NCBI GenBank assembly: GCA_964057225.1
Contig: OZ059896.1
Span: 8,246,001-8,310,000 of the forward strand
Direction: 5' to 3'
DNA from: Auanema rhodensis
Lineage: Eukaryota > Animalia > Nematoda
DNA length: 64,000 bases
This document shows positions 24,909 to 40,004 of this stretch, one piece after another (the stretch's first letter is position 1; each line of letters starts with the position of its first letter). Under the pieces are notes generated by a model. It saw nothing but the letters and a program-made list of their open reading frames with translations, searched no databases and was not told the DNA's origin. A program made the translations under genes and the position numbers.

Positions 24909-26522
24909 ATGAGTCATAATGAAGAGCAGAAGTTTGTTTTGTCTGGAGAACAAGTTCGTCAGAGGGTGTTTGATAAACGTAATTCTCAGGAAAACCATAT
25001 TGTTGCATTGAAGTAACTTATAGATTATTAACATTAATTCAATATTTTTTAAAGTTCTATGGATGATGCTGAAAAAGAAGAAATGGGTTATTCTATCTAT
25101 CTAGAACTGTCGGAAAAAGTGAGAATTTTGTTATAAATTCATGTAATTTTGAAAAAAAATTTTCGTCAGACTCGGCCTAAAAATTTGTACCAACATATGG
25201 AAAAGTTCGAATATCATACCTATATGGTTCGATCAGATAAATTCTGGAATACATTTTGCACGCTAAGGGAAAATTATGAAAAGGAAAAAAGCATTTCCAA
25301 AATAAGTAAGCTTCTTCAGAAAAGTTATATCTAACATTATGTAGGCTTACTTCGCTCCGTGCTCAATGGACATAAGTTGTCAGAATGCAATGCCAAGCCA
25401 CGTCGTGTTTTGTTTGATGAAGATGTTCAAGACAATGCGAGTTGCGATAATATGCTTCCACTTAATAGTTTAACAGAGCAACGTGAAACTCATGCTCATA
25501 ATTTAGCATCTAATGAATATCCGACACAAGAAATACAAAAAATACAAGAACACAAAAGCGAAAAGGGAGAATCTATGTACATAGGTATTTTATTTTTCTC
25601 TTATTTTGTGTTCATTGCATATCTAAGGTTTTCCCAAAGTTCACGAGAAGGTATCAAGTCGCAAAGACGCTGAAATAATCGCAAAGTGTTCAAAATCTCA
25701 TCCCAGGTAACATATATAATTGTTTAAATTTCAATTAGCATTTTTATTTTAAGTGATAATGTAATCATTAATGAAGAACAGCATGACGCACCTGACAATG
25801 ACAGTTCCAAGAATATTGTGAATTTTCAATATTTTTTCATATATATGTTATAGATTATAGGTGGTTTCAAAGATGGAAGCAAGGAAACAAGCACTCCTTG
25901 CACAGTCGGCGAAGAGACGAGAAGTGTCTAGTTTAAAGGTATAATAATTAGACAATGAAGTATAAACTTGTTATTAGGGTGTACAAGATCCTAAACCTTC
26001 TGCTCGTAAAGTAACGAATAAGACTAATAGAAATGTAATACAAAATGCTTTGAAATTTTGTGTTTTCCCAGGAACAGTAAATGAAATGACAAGAAAAAAG
26101 GTATTTTTGCATAAATTATTTCATCTAACATCTATTATAGATTTTGCTTGAAATCGATAATTCGTTTTCCAAACATTTTCTCGTTCTATTCCGTGATAAA
26201 GGTCTTCAGTATAGGGGAATTTATACTTGGGATGAGGTAATTGTTTCAATTGTCAGTATCTTTCGATATATAATCATTTTTAGAAATGTGATGTTGTTGA
26301 AAAAATGTGTGGCTCAGGACCTTCAGTATGCAGCCAGGACATGATAAATTTAATGTTTAAGTAAGCGGAAAAGCTAAGTTCAAAATATCAGTTATTTTCA
26401 GATATGATTATGGAGGGAAAAAGTTTTCATCCATACCCGCAAAACAATTTGATTCTATTTATGATGGCTTTACCATTCAGGATAACTATTGGATGAAAAA
26501 ACCAAATGTTACCAGAAATTGA
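24909..26522 (+). CDS. Short CKK-domain (CAMSAP/patronin-like) microtubule-binding protein, about 400 aa, 11 exons
   Basis: C-terminal KTNRNVIQNALKFCVFPGTVNE...KHFLVLFRDKGLQYRGIY...GSGP...MFKYDYGGKKFSSIPAK....DGFTIQDNYW is a CKK domain, preceded by the coiled-coil remnant KMEARKQALLAQSAKRRE. Confidence 0.85.
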
Positions 26523-26682
26523 ATAAAGAGTCAAGTGATTACCTTTTTTTTTAGTTTTCATTGTGTTATTAAGAATAAAGTTTTATCTCTAGCCTGATAT
26601 CAAATATTTTGTTTGAGTAAATGAAATCATTTTCACGTGCTTCACGTCAAATCTAGTATTTTATTTTCGAATGAAAAGTTTA

Positions 26683-27574
26683 ATGAAGCAGTTTATTCCA
26701 ATTTTTCTGATTATTTTCACCGATTCGGTCTGGTCTGCATATACAAATCATCAAGCAAGCTTTTTGATTTGGTTTTCCATATTATTTTTAATTTTTAGTT
26801 CGCAATTTCTTTTGATTTTAAATCAACAGTATTTACTGGGAAATTGGCTATTACCGATTTTGTTTTTTTCTTTTACAATTCTGACGGGTTAATCGAAGTA
26901 AGTAGATACCATATTGTTTATATGCGATTTAGAGTCGATTAAGATATGGAATCTGCATAAACGATTGTCCTCTTCATAACTTCACTTCAAATAGAATTGT
27001 AGGTTTTTTCTTTTGTTCAGAACATATTAATCGATTGCAGCTCGCTAAAAGTTATGGAGATCTGAGTGGATTTGATGGAGCAGCAAGCGATCGTCTCACT
27101 ACAGGAGCGACAATTACTTTCTTTCCAAAAGTTCAAGGCCCTGCAGTGGATCAGCACTTTTACCCTGAATCCTACAAAGAGATTAGTAGAACGGTTTGAT
27201 TCACATATTTAGCTTTCATAAAGATTGGACCACAGGGTGAACTCAACGATTGGTTCTATAGAGATGAAGCATTATTATTTTCATCTCTCAAAGTAGAGGT
27301 TTATTTCGCTGACTCGAACACTTGGAAAACTATTTTGTGAGCTGATTAAAATTTTATTTGACCAATATTTTTTTAGCCAATGGAAAAATGAATTGGAGGG
27401 TTCTCTCATAGAGCCAAAACATGTTATCTCCGCTCCAGGAATATACAGGTTCAATATTCAGTAACTTTCGCCAATAATTTAAGCAACAAACTTTTCAGAT
27501 TTGTGCCAAATGGCACTCTTGGATACATCAAATCATTATTCTATTACCCAAAAACAAATATGATTATGACATAA
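26683..27574 (+). CDS. Uncharacterised secreted protein (about 210 aa, 7 exons)
   Basis: Signal peptide MKQFIPIFLIIFTDS|FAISF followed by continuous phase-compatible exons ending ...FVPNGTLGYIKSLFYYPKTNMIMT*; N-glycosylation sequons NFT and NGT. Confidence 0.7.
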
Positions 27575-28018
27575 TTATTAGAAAAAAAAGCTGTATTCAT
27601 TGAAAATTATTTTTGTTTAGTATTTTACATGCTTATTTAATAAATGTAATTATTGCTATCTTATACACCCAACGACTTTCATGCGTACTTACTCTTAAAT
27701 GGTTTTACAGTTTATCAAGAAATATGAAACACAGTTTTTTTTTATCTTTCAATGACAGCATGTATTCCCGGTCTTGACGCGATTTTCCTGAGAGTATGGG
27801 AGAACAACGATAGCTTGTTAGAAACCGGGCGGCGGGCCTTCATATTCCATAACCTTAAGCAAAATTAACTATGCTTAATAAATATCAATTGATTAATTTG
27901 TGAATTAAAAATTATTCAGTTATTAAGAGAACAGTTAACGTTTAAAATATATGTATACTATTATTTTGTTCTTAAAGCTATCACTTTTTCCTTCAGACAA
28001 ATAAACGTTTTCTAGGTA

Positions 28019-30135
<2,117 letters not shown>

Positions 30136-31185
30136 GTTTGAGTTCATATTGTAGTCACCGTAATACGCGGAATATATAGATCTAAAGTTTCGCTTATATA
30201 CTATTATCTGTTCATACTTCATCAATTTCCCCAGTGGTATTAGTTTAGCTAGGAATTTAATTCTTAATTATACGAGCGAGCTCAATAAATTAATAATAAG
30301 GAACTGAAACAGAATTTTTATTTTAATACAATGGTATTTTTCGAATTTGCATGACCCTGCTGTGTTCTGTTCTAATCATGTGGTTAAAACTGAAGTACTC
30401 TATCAACGTTTTGGTTATATTTGATTGTATTGTTCTAAAGTAACGTCCTTGAGATGGATGATATATCATGATTAGTGAGTGAAAGCTTCTGAGAACAACA
30501 CTCGTATTTCAAAGTTAAAGACGGTTCTATCATGATGATAATGCTAAGTTTTAAACAATGATTGTGATCGTTCTGAACTGCCGTTCCTTGTATTGATTGT
30601 TAATGAAAGAAAAATCAGGTAATTCGGGAGGTGTCTCAGCTGATTCGTAAGTAGTCGGTATGGACGGCGGCCAAGGAAAAAAATCGTTTTTAACTATTGT
30701 TGATGCTTCCCATCGAGTTTAGAATAGACAGAAGAACGAGGTGAAGGAGGGGTAGAAATTATGAGAATAGGTTGTATGAGTAGAAGACTAGGTCTGGTGA
30801 GAACGAGGTGAATTGATTCCATTTGGGGAGACATCGTCAACCACAACGTTGCCGACGCAGTACATGTGTAAGAAACTAGCTCTTTCGACCTATGTCGTTC
30901 TTTCGTCCCTACCCCTTCGTCGTTGTGATCATCGTTCCGTCCGTTTGCTTCCTAAGAGGCAAGGGGCATTGTGTTGGCGCTGACTGCTTGCGATGGTAGT
31001 TGCCTCTTCTCTGATGTCTTTTACTTCTTATTTTTGTCGACGGCAATTCTTAATTATCAAAGTCGTCATTAAATGAATTTCTCTTTCTATCTTTCTTTGT
31101 TATTTACTCTACGTCATAGGCTAACCACGCATATACATATCGGACCACGTGAAGAACAGTAGTTTCAAGCAATCATCACGTCAAT

Positions 31186-34100
31186 ATGGTGTTCCATTTA
31201 TCAACAATATGGCTAAGTCTGCTTCTTGTATGGGTTTCAGAAGTATCTGGTTTATATACAAATAGGTAAGATTCAGGAAAATGTTTAAGGATCTTATTAT
31301 TTCTTTTCAAATTGAAAATAAATTAAATCTATTAGTCTTCTACATGTCTCGGAGGACTTCCAAATTAAATTTTTCTCTGCAATCTGTTTCAATCTGTTAT
31401 TTGTTTTATTATAATTCATTGAAAAGGCGAAACCAATCTCTCATTATAATATATTTCTTCATTAGCCATAAATCTCTAGGCTGTTTATGATAAGAAATCG
31501 GGTATTTGCACTGAACAAACTAGAAAAAAATAACAGGATGTTTTTACTTCGTTTAAGACGGACATTAGAGCAATCTTGAAAGAAAGAAACCAATGAAATA
31601 TTCACTATTTGAAATTGAAATAAGTTTATAATTTTAATTTTCTATGAGAAAAGCTTCATTTCATTCAAACAAAAGCGTTTCTTATTCTGTTATTTAGCTA
31701 GTCTACAGTATTTGGGCTACATTTTCCAGTGTTAGTGATGTTTGATGCCAAATGTGCTCACCTACTTTCATATACAAAAGAAACTTCTTTAATTAATTGG
31801 AATACTGTTTAGCTAACATTAAACTATTGGGAATCACTTATTTGTTTATTGCTTGAACAAGAAAAATATTTTAAAACCTTTCATTGACTACGGTTATATC
31901 TTTTCTATATTTTTAGAACTGGTTGTGGATCAACCAAAGCTTGCTTATTCAAACCTATGGGATGTGATCCTAACTTAGATTGTACTACTGGAGTAATATT
32001 TTACGTAGTGGGGCCGAATCAGCTTCGTGTGGAAATGGTAGCTGCTGCTCTCATTCCGTCAGTCCAACAACAATACATAGCTATTGCTTTCTCTCGTGAT
32101 ACTGTAATGGTTAGTTCAATTTTTTTGATCAAGATCTTTAACTTTAGTCTTTTTTTCTTTTTATATTATCTATCTGTCACTATGTTCTTTCCGTGACATC
32201 ATCAACTTTTTTAGTCTTGTAAAACAAAAGTTTTACAATTCCTTAGTCAACTTCATACTTCTATTAAAAGTTGTTTTTAAAGATCAAATATGAAATTTAT
32301 AGACCTGAATTCACAGAAAAGAAAATTCTTCAAAACTTATATCATTTGAAAAAAAAAAATTTGTATCCTCTTTACTTCTGCTTCGCTCTTTTTGTTTTGT
32401 TGAGCATTTTCTGATTAACTTTTGAATCATCACCGGAAAATATACTCTGCAAAGTTCAACTTCTAAAACAGTATTTCTTTCCAAAAAATTAGAAACAAAA
32501 AAAAAAGAGCAAAGGATTTTTTAAGAACAGGAAGTGATTACTTATTTTCTCTTGTAATTTTCTAAAAATATTTTGTATAAGTACGTTTAATTTTACTTTA
32601 TTGTCAGAAAGTATTATTACATCTACTAATAAGAATTGACTTTAGATCAAAAATTGTGATATTCTATCGAATGTCATACAAGGGCGGTTTTTGATTAGAT
32701 TTAATTGTTTTTCATAGTAACTAATTATTTCTGTCCATTTCACTAATGATCGTGTGTAACTCATCATGAATAACATGTCAAATATGATTTGCACATCCTT
32801 CAGGCAATTTTTTTACATTAAATCGTAAAAAGAGAAGTAATAGACAGTTAGACATGCCCAAGCTCTTGTATGTTTCTCTCTTCAATTTCTTATTGAAGTG
32901 TTTTCACTTTTTTGACAACCTCCAAAACAAGAATTAGTCCTATGATTTGTTTGACATGTACTGCAGAAATTTTAATTCATTCTTGAGGAGAATTAACAGT
33001 AACCACAATTGAACATATAGACAAATGACAGTATTATTAAAATTAGAAGAAACATGAAAATTAACAAATTAGTCATCGATTTCAATGCTTTGATTAATTT
33101 ACAATTCCACTTCCGAATTTGATTAGAGGAAAAATATACAATGTAAACTGTTTACCCATTTGATCTCATTTGGAACAAATGTCTTTTGTAATCTTTGATT
33201 ATCATCATGACACATGCAGCAGAGATCAACTTTTCCGTCATTAAACATATAAAAATCTTTCATCTTTTTCTTATTAGGAAAAATGTCTTTTTCATTAAGA
33301 ATTATGAGTGTAACTGACAGCTAACACTATCAGCTTCCCCACCCATCTTTTCTCCTGAAATCTCGTTTCTGTAGGAATTATGTTAAAAAACCAAAAATCT
33401 CTGATGACGATGCACTGTATTGATGAGAAAAAGTTACGAACAAATCTTTTCCAAAGGTTCCATTTTGAATTATTTTGGAGTAGCAGTTTCTCTATCTTTT
33501 TTTTCTACTTCATAAAATATTATATAAAAAAAGTACCGTAAAGAATTGTATTTCGGCGCCCCCAATTCATGAAAAACCCGGTTTTCAATTGCCTAGCTTT
33601 CAAATAATTATGTGTTTCTAGAGAAAATAGGAAATAAAATTCAATAAAATCCGACCAAACTATGTTTGAGAAAAATGATAAAAATAAAAAGTAATTGAAC
33701 TTGTTTATAGGGATCGGATGCGGTTACTGAATGCACTTTGAGTGATATGGGTCTACTAGCTGGCTATGAACCAGAAATATTTGCTTCATTCAATAAAGGA
33801 AAAAGTAATGATCGTGTCTTCCTGAACAAGGTAATTGAATTAACATTTATACTATCTGTTAGCATTGGAACAAACATTCCCTTATATTACTTAACGTTTA
33901 TTTTTGTTGTCCTTGAAAATGGCATTACAAGCTACACATGATTCAAATAGTACTTTCTCTCGGGTAATCAAACTTTAACGGCTACTTCTTATTTGTAAAA
34001 CCTTGAAACTTAAAATAGACTAAAAATCATAACTCAAAGTCTGTTTTAATGAAGGAAGTGACGTGCTTGAGTCAAACATTATCGTATTGGATCCAAACAA

Positions 34101-34766
34101 AAAGATTTTTCTTACCAAAAACTTTTTATGCGTTCGAATCAATTAAGTTCTAGAAAAATTAATTTAAATCACATTATGTTACAGGAAGAGAAAAATATGA
34201 TATTTACGGATGTAGCGAGTGAAGTCGTCGATGGAAGAATTGTCTGTCACTTTACTCAACAGATTATTCCTCAAATTGATGATAAAAATGGAATGATTTG
34301 GCCACTGAATGCAGATTATTATATTATGGCAGCAACCGGAAGTGCCCAACCAGATGGTAGAATATTATACTGGTATTTGTCTTTGATTATTTACATATAA
34401 TTACAGAAGTTAATGCTCACGATATGAGCAAAGGTTCTCATTTCTATCCTATCACCTCTCAAAATAAAATTAATCCATCAAAATTATCCGATCAAGAGGT
34501 ATGAATAATCTGTAAATTTATAATTTATGCTAATTATCATAGTTATATAATTTTAAATAATAATTAAAAAATCTAACATATATCTTATTAACTTAATTAT
34601 ATTATAGTTTGAATTGCCTAAGCCACATGTTCCATTAGAAACAACCAAAGCTCCTTTACCGATCACAACAAGCAATCGAGTAAGACCAAGAATTACATCC
34701 AGTGGAACTGCAAATATGATTTTTACCATCCTGCCGATTATACTCATTAAGCTCTTAATCAACTAA
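31186..34766 (+). CDS. Secreted, probably GPI-anchored DOMON-domain protein (SDR2/FRRS1-type DOMON without cytochrome b561)
   Basis: Signal peptide, GCGSTKACLFKPMGC..C, YIAIAFSRDTVMGSDAVTEC, VVDGRIVCHF, YYIMAATG...NAHD, P/T-rich stalk and hydrophobic C-tail MIFTILPIILIKLLIN*. Exons start at about 31186, 31917, 33711, 34184, 34407 and 34608. Confidence 0.88.
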
Positions 34767-37700
34767 GACCATCATCCAAGTAATTTTAAATAGTATATAC
34801 ATTGTTACCTTTCATCAAATTACATGTCTTTGCCTTTCTTTAAAAAAAAAACATTTTTGTGATATTTTCTAATTGAAGTTGTCACCAAAATTCTTTCTAA
34901 GTCAGTGACAGATTTTATATATTTTCCATGGCAAGTTAATTATGCTATAGAGAACTGGAGATATTAGAAGTTTTTTTTTCTAACAAAACATTTTTTCATT
35001 TCAAGTCTTTAAGAGCGCAAAAGTCTTCTTTCCTGAATTAGCACATATCCATGCGGGTTTATGCTATCATCATCACTGTTAGTATATATATATATACATA
35101 TAGTATATATATGTATACAACATATATACATATATACCATATACTTATACATATACTAATAATACTTATATCCCAAATAATACTTATATCACAAAAGTGT
35201 TTCATTTTCATTATATTCTCTTAAAATTTCACATTTATTTCAATAAATATGCTATATACCTATTTCGGTTTGGTTGAAAATATAAATATGTTTGTTCCAT
35301 TTTTCATTTTCTTCATGGGTTTTTGTAGAAGGTCAGAAAGCTTTCCTAGCTTGTCTCCGGTTTTCCCTACGCCCGGATGAGTATAAGCCATTTTTTCGCT
35401 CCTTTTGTTTAATCTTTTGTCTTTTGCTTATTAAAGTTGTCCTCTATATCTATTTTTGTATATTTGTTCGTTTTAGCTTCATTAGTATGGCTTGAAACCA
35501 TCACCATCATCTCTACCCTAGCATCATCTCTATTAGCTCATAGGTTGCTTCTTCTTCACCGTTCCACGTTCTATTGAGCATCGTGTGTTGCACATTTCAA
35601 CTGCGATTTTCATCCCTTCCTACTGACCATCCGACGTCTTTCTCCTTCTCTTTCTCTCCATCATCTATTCCTCTTTCTCTTTCGGATTTAATAACAACGG
35701 TCTTTCTTTTCAGTACTCTCGTCTCTGTTTTAAGATATTCTATCATTGCTTTTCCTCATCAGACCTTTCTCTCTTTCTTCGTCGGTACTGCACAGCTCAA
35801 CTTTCCAAATTCAGTTAAATCTTTCTGGCAAACAGAAGAACACTAACAACGGTCAAATGATAATACCCGACTCCTTTTCGAAAGTTTGTCCCCCCGGGGC
35901 TCGTTCATTAGCGTTCCTATTGAATTTCTAAAAACCTGAACATCTGAGCACAGTTAATCATTCGATTGACCAGTTTTGTAAGAAACGAAATTTATTTTTG
36001 GCTTAATTCTCAGACTAGCTCTAGCATCATTGAAACCACATGACCATGATTACCTCTCTTCATTACCGCAATGAGGGCTGAATAGTCTGTACTATATGCC
36101 GTAGTTAGGACTAGTCTTAAGAGATCTGCTATGATAAGTTATTACAAATATTTTCACTTTCATTCTGCTTCTTATGAATCTAATTCTGTTTCTAACCGTA
36201 GAAGACGTTTTCCTCCTTTTTTTCTCTTCAATAATGGTTTTGTATGTTTTGTGTTCTGTCATCACATCAACCAATTTTATTCTTTTGAATACATTTATAT
36301 TTCAATGACTAAACTTATTCTTCCATTTTACCGAAACATATTGAGCTTTTATATTTCTAAAATGCTTTTTTGCAGAATTCAGCATACACTGATCTTCAAT
36401 TTATATTCTTTCATAACTAAATCAAATTATATCTAAATTTCATAGTATTTAATGATGATCATGTATAAAATTAATATCTTACCATTTATATAATATTATT
36501 AATATATTCCTCATTTCTTTTGATTTTCGATGTAATATTTTAACAAATATTAATTAATGAAACTGGTTCTTGATTATGTGTCTTTTCTCTAACCTATCTT
36601 AATATACATATCTTTGATTTTGCTGAGACATTTGTTAAACCTTCAATCATTCTATCAAAAATAATGATTTTATGAAGCAAAATTGAAAACTAGATCGTTC
36701 TTTCATGGATACAAATATACAATTCTAAGTTTAATTTGAACAAAAAATGATCTTTCCACAATATATTTTTTGCTAATTTGATTAGATGCTTGGTTAAATC
36801 AAATGTTTTTATGAGTATTATATGCACAGATAATACATAACTTTATAAAAATTATTAAGATTATTAACTGCCCAAGATGATATCTCTGTTATAGTTGCTC
36901 ATGAATGTGTATTAATTAATGAATATTTTACATATTTCTCAACGTTTTCACAACTATTCAGTATATTTTTCTTTGCAATCACTATTATAATACTTGGATG
37001 TTTACTGAACAATTCGCGGCTCTCCATCCATCTTGTGCTCTTTTCTTGATTATCTTTTTCGAAATCGAAGTTAAGGACTAACGTCCATAACACTATTTCC
37101 ATAGTATGAAAATGGATTTCAATAAAGTTTTAGAGAAATACTTTTCACTTCGATAAAACATTTCAACAATTTTCTCATCCTTTTATAAAAAAATAAGTAA
37201 AAATAATAATAAAAATAAGAAAAAAGAGACATAAATGTTTAGAAACACTAGATTTTGTGTTTTGATCACAATTTGAACTTAAAATTGCACTGAAAAAGTT
37301 ATGGTTTTTGATTGTTGTAAGCTTTAGGATGATAAGATTCAGAATAGGTATATGAAGCACCAGATTGTTCTCGTCTCGAGTAGCAACTTAAGAAGTTAAT
37401 GCAGAAAGAAAAACGAAAAATAAACAGACCAGTATCAATACTACATTCGATGTCTTGTTAAGAAAAACAAGCGATGATGAAAAAACAGCCCAAATATGGC
37501 TTCTCTCATTGATGTCAAAAAAGTAAATCAACTATATTTTCTTCTAAATTTTGCAATATTTTAACTTTTATTCTTGTTCTTAAATGTTTATTCATTAATT
37601 AAATTTCACACATTTTTATTGTTTATTTTGACTTAATTGATATAATTTGAATTCATCATATACATACGTACATGTAGAGAGAAAACTATGTGTATATGTA

Positions 37701-39969
37701 TGTATATTTATTTTGCTATATGTATAGAACTACTGCTACTACTACTTGATATAATAGATAAGAGTTAACAAAGCATGACGATGTCAATTGAAACAACAGT
37801 GCGATCTGCCGATACTAGAATTCTTTGACTATATTCGTTTATTGCATCAACACAATCATCATCAACGTCGTCCGAATCCGTTATAGGCACAGAAGAACCT
37901 AACGTCGATGACGGTGATGTCGTCATTCAACTACTATCTTTGACTTGCCCAACGTACTGACAGATTTGTTCCAGTTTCTCTTTCTCTTACCAACTCTCTC
38001 TTCTATTATATCTTACTCCTCTATGCACTGTTCTCTTTCTCCTCTTTTTGTTCTCGATCTCTTTTAGGGTTTTATATTCTGAAAAAAGAGGCAGTAGAAC
38101 AGATAGCCTGAAACAACATTTTGCTGACGTACAATACTTGATTATGCTAATCATTTCAAAAGCAGTTTTGTTAAAATTTAGATATAAATATGTTTAAATT
38201 CGGTTCAGAAGTTTCACTTGACTCTGCAACAAGTCTGCTCAAAATTTCATTTTATATGCAGTTTTTCTGAAATATATTTTAGTATATGCTTTTCACTGAT
38301 GATTAAGTTTAATATTTGAAGAAATAGAAATGTCTTTCAAATTTTTTCTTCAAATTATACCCCATAATGTTCATCTGATGACAACAGGATATGGTAACCA
38401 GAGACTTTTCTCTTCCTGTGGAATGAAGACTAGTCCCTGGCACATTACATTATTTCCGGTCAGATAACTGCCGTTTTGAGCGGAAATCAATCCTATTTTC
38501 CTATATAGATATCTCATCTAAGTAATACTCTTCAATAATTTTATAATCTAAGATTTCAACATTTTGCATAACTAACTTGTTATATCAGTCAATACTTTTA
38601 TCCTTTCTTCATTTGTTCTTTCAATGTTTTTTCGCGTTTTTGTGTCAAATTTTCCTTTTTTTTTGCCGAAAGAGAAACAAACAAACAATTGAATTTTTCA
38701 ATGTACTCTTTTCTTTATCTCTCTTGTTAACCTCTTCGTTTGGATGTCACCATCTCTAGTTCAATTGAAGAGCTAAACATCTGAGAGTTACGAGATTCAC
38801 TACTCAGACATAGTGATTCGAAATAAAATTTAGAATAAGCTTAAACGATCGCTTTACGTCAAACATTTATTTCATTTTCTTTTGACCATTGTTTCTTTCT
38901 GTAGTTCTTTCTGTTTTTTCTATTTTTTGAGTCCTGTATTCCATAAACGTATAACGATTTGATGAAATGTTTAAACATTCGAACTCTTGAGGGCACTGAG
39001 ACGATTTTTGAACGCAATAAAGCTAGTTTTCATTTTCTATATTTGAGTTTCCTAACAGATACCGTTATCGAAAATGTTTAAAGATGTTCATTTTTTCAAT
39101 CCGTCTTTACATCATTCCCTGCAAATTCTGGCTATATTTGTTCTGAAATTTTCAATTTTTATCCCTCACGGTTCAAGCTTGAAGGTTTCTCTCCACAAAC
39201 TAAATAAATTGAAAATAGAGCTACGCTAGCAGCTTATGCTATTTGGAGTTTGGAGTTGAGCTATTCAGAAATTTCCTTTTTCAATAAACTGCCAATTTAA
39301 TTTTTTCCCATATTAGGCTATTCCTGGTTGTGCAGATGCTCATTTCATAAGCCATTTTCGAAAAGTGGAAAGTGATTGAAGAATAAGTTGGTAATGCTCC
39401 TCAGATTAAGACTTAATACATAACTAATTTCATAAAATTGAAAAAAAAACCAAAGTCTAATGAAAGATTCAACATTTGTAATATAATTATTTGATCAACA
39501 ATAAAATCTCATCATAATTTCGTCATTTTCTCTCCATATTTTTGCAACTCTTGAAAATCACTCGTCAAAATAGCAAACAAGCTGTGAAAAAATGGCCAGG
39601 AAAAAGTTGAAATTAGCTTAGATTGCTTGTAATAACTATTAAGAGCCAAAAAACAGTTTGCTAGTTATGCAACTTATTTGATATATCTTAGACAATATTG
39701 TTTAATCTTTTTCATTATTTTTTATTAATTATTATATATTAAATGCAATTATTTGCTTGAAGTTTGAGCATTACTACTTACTTGATTTGCTTTCTTTGCT
39801 AAATCTTTTGATATTGTTGAAAGTTTTTGCTGTCATTCTGAGGTCTTCTGCATGGACTTTATACTCGTTTTATGCAGCATTGCTGACGTAATCACGAGTA
39901 CCTTATTTGAATATTTGACGAACCGAATGAAGATAAACTTTAAAACCAATATGAACAAAACTTTTCATT

Positions 39970-40004
<35 letters not shown>

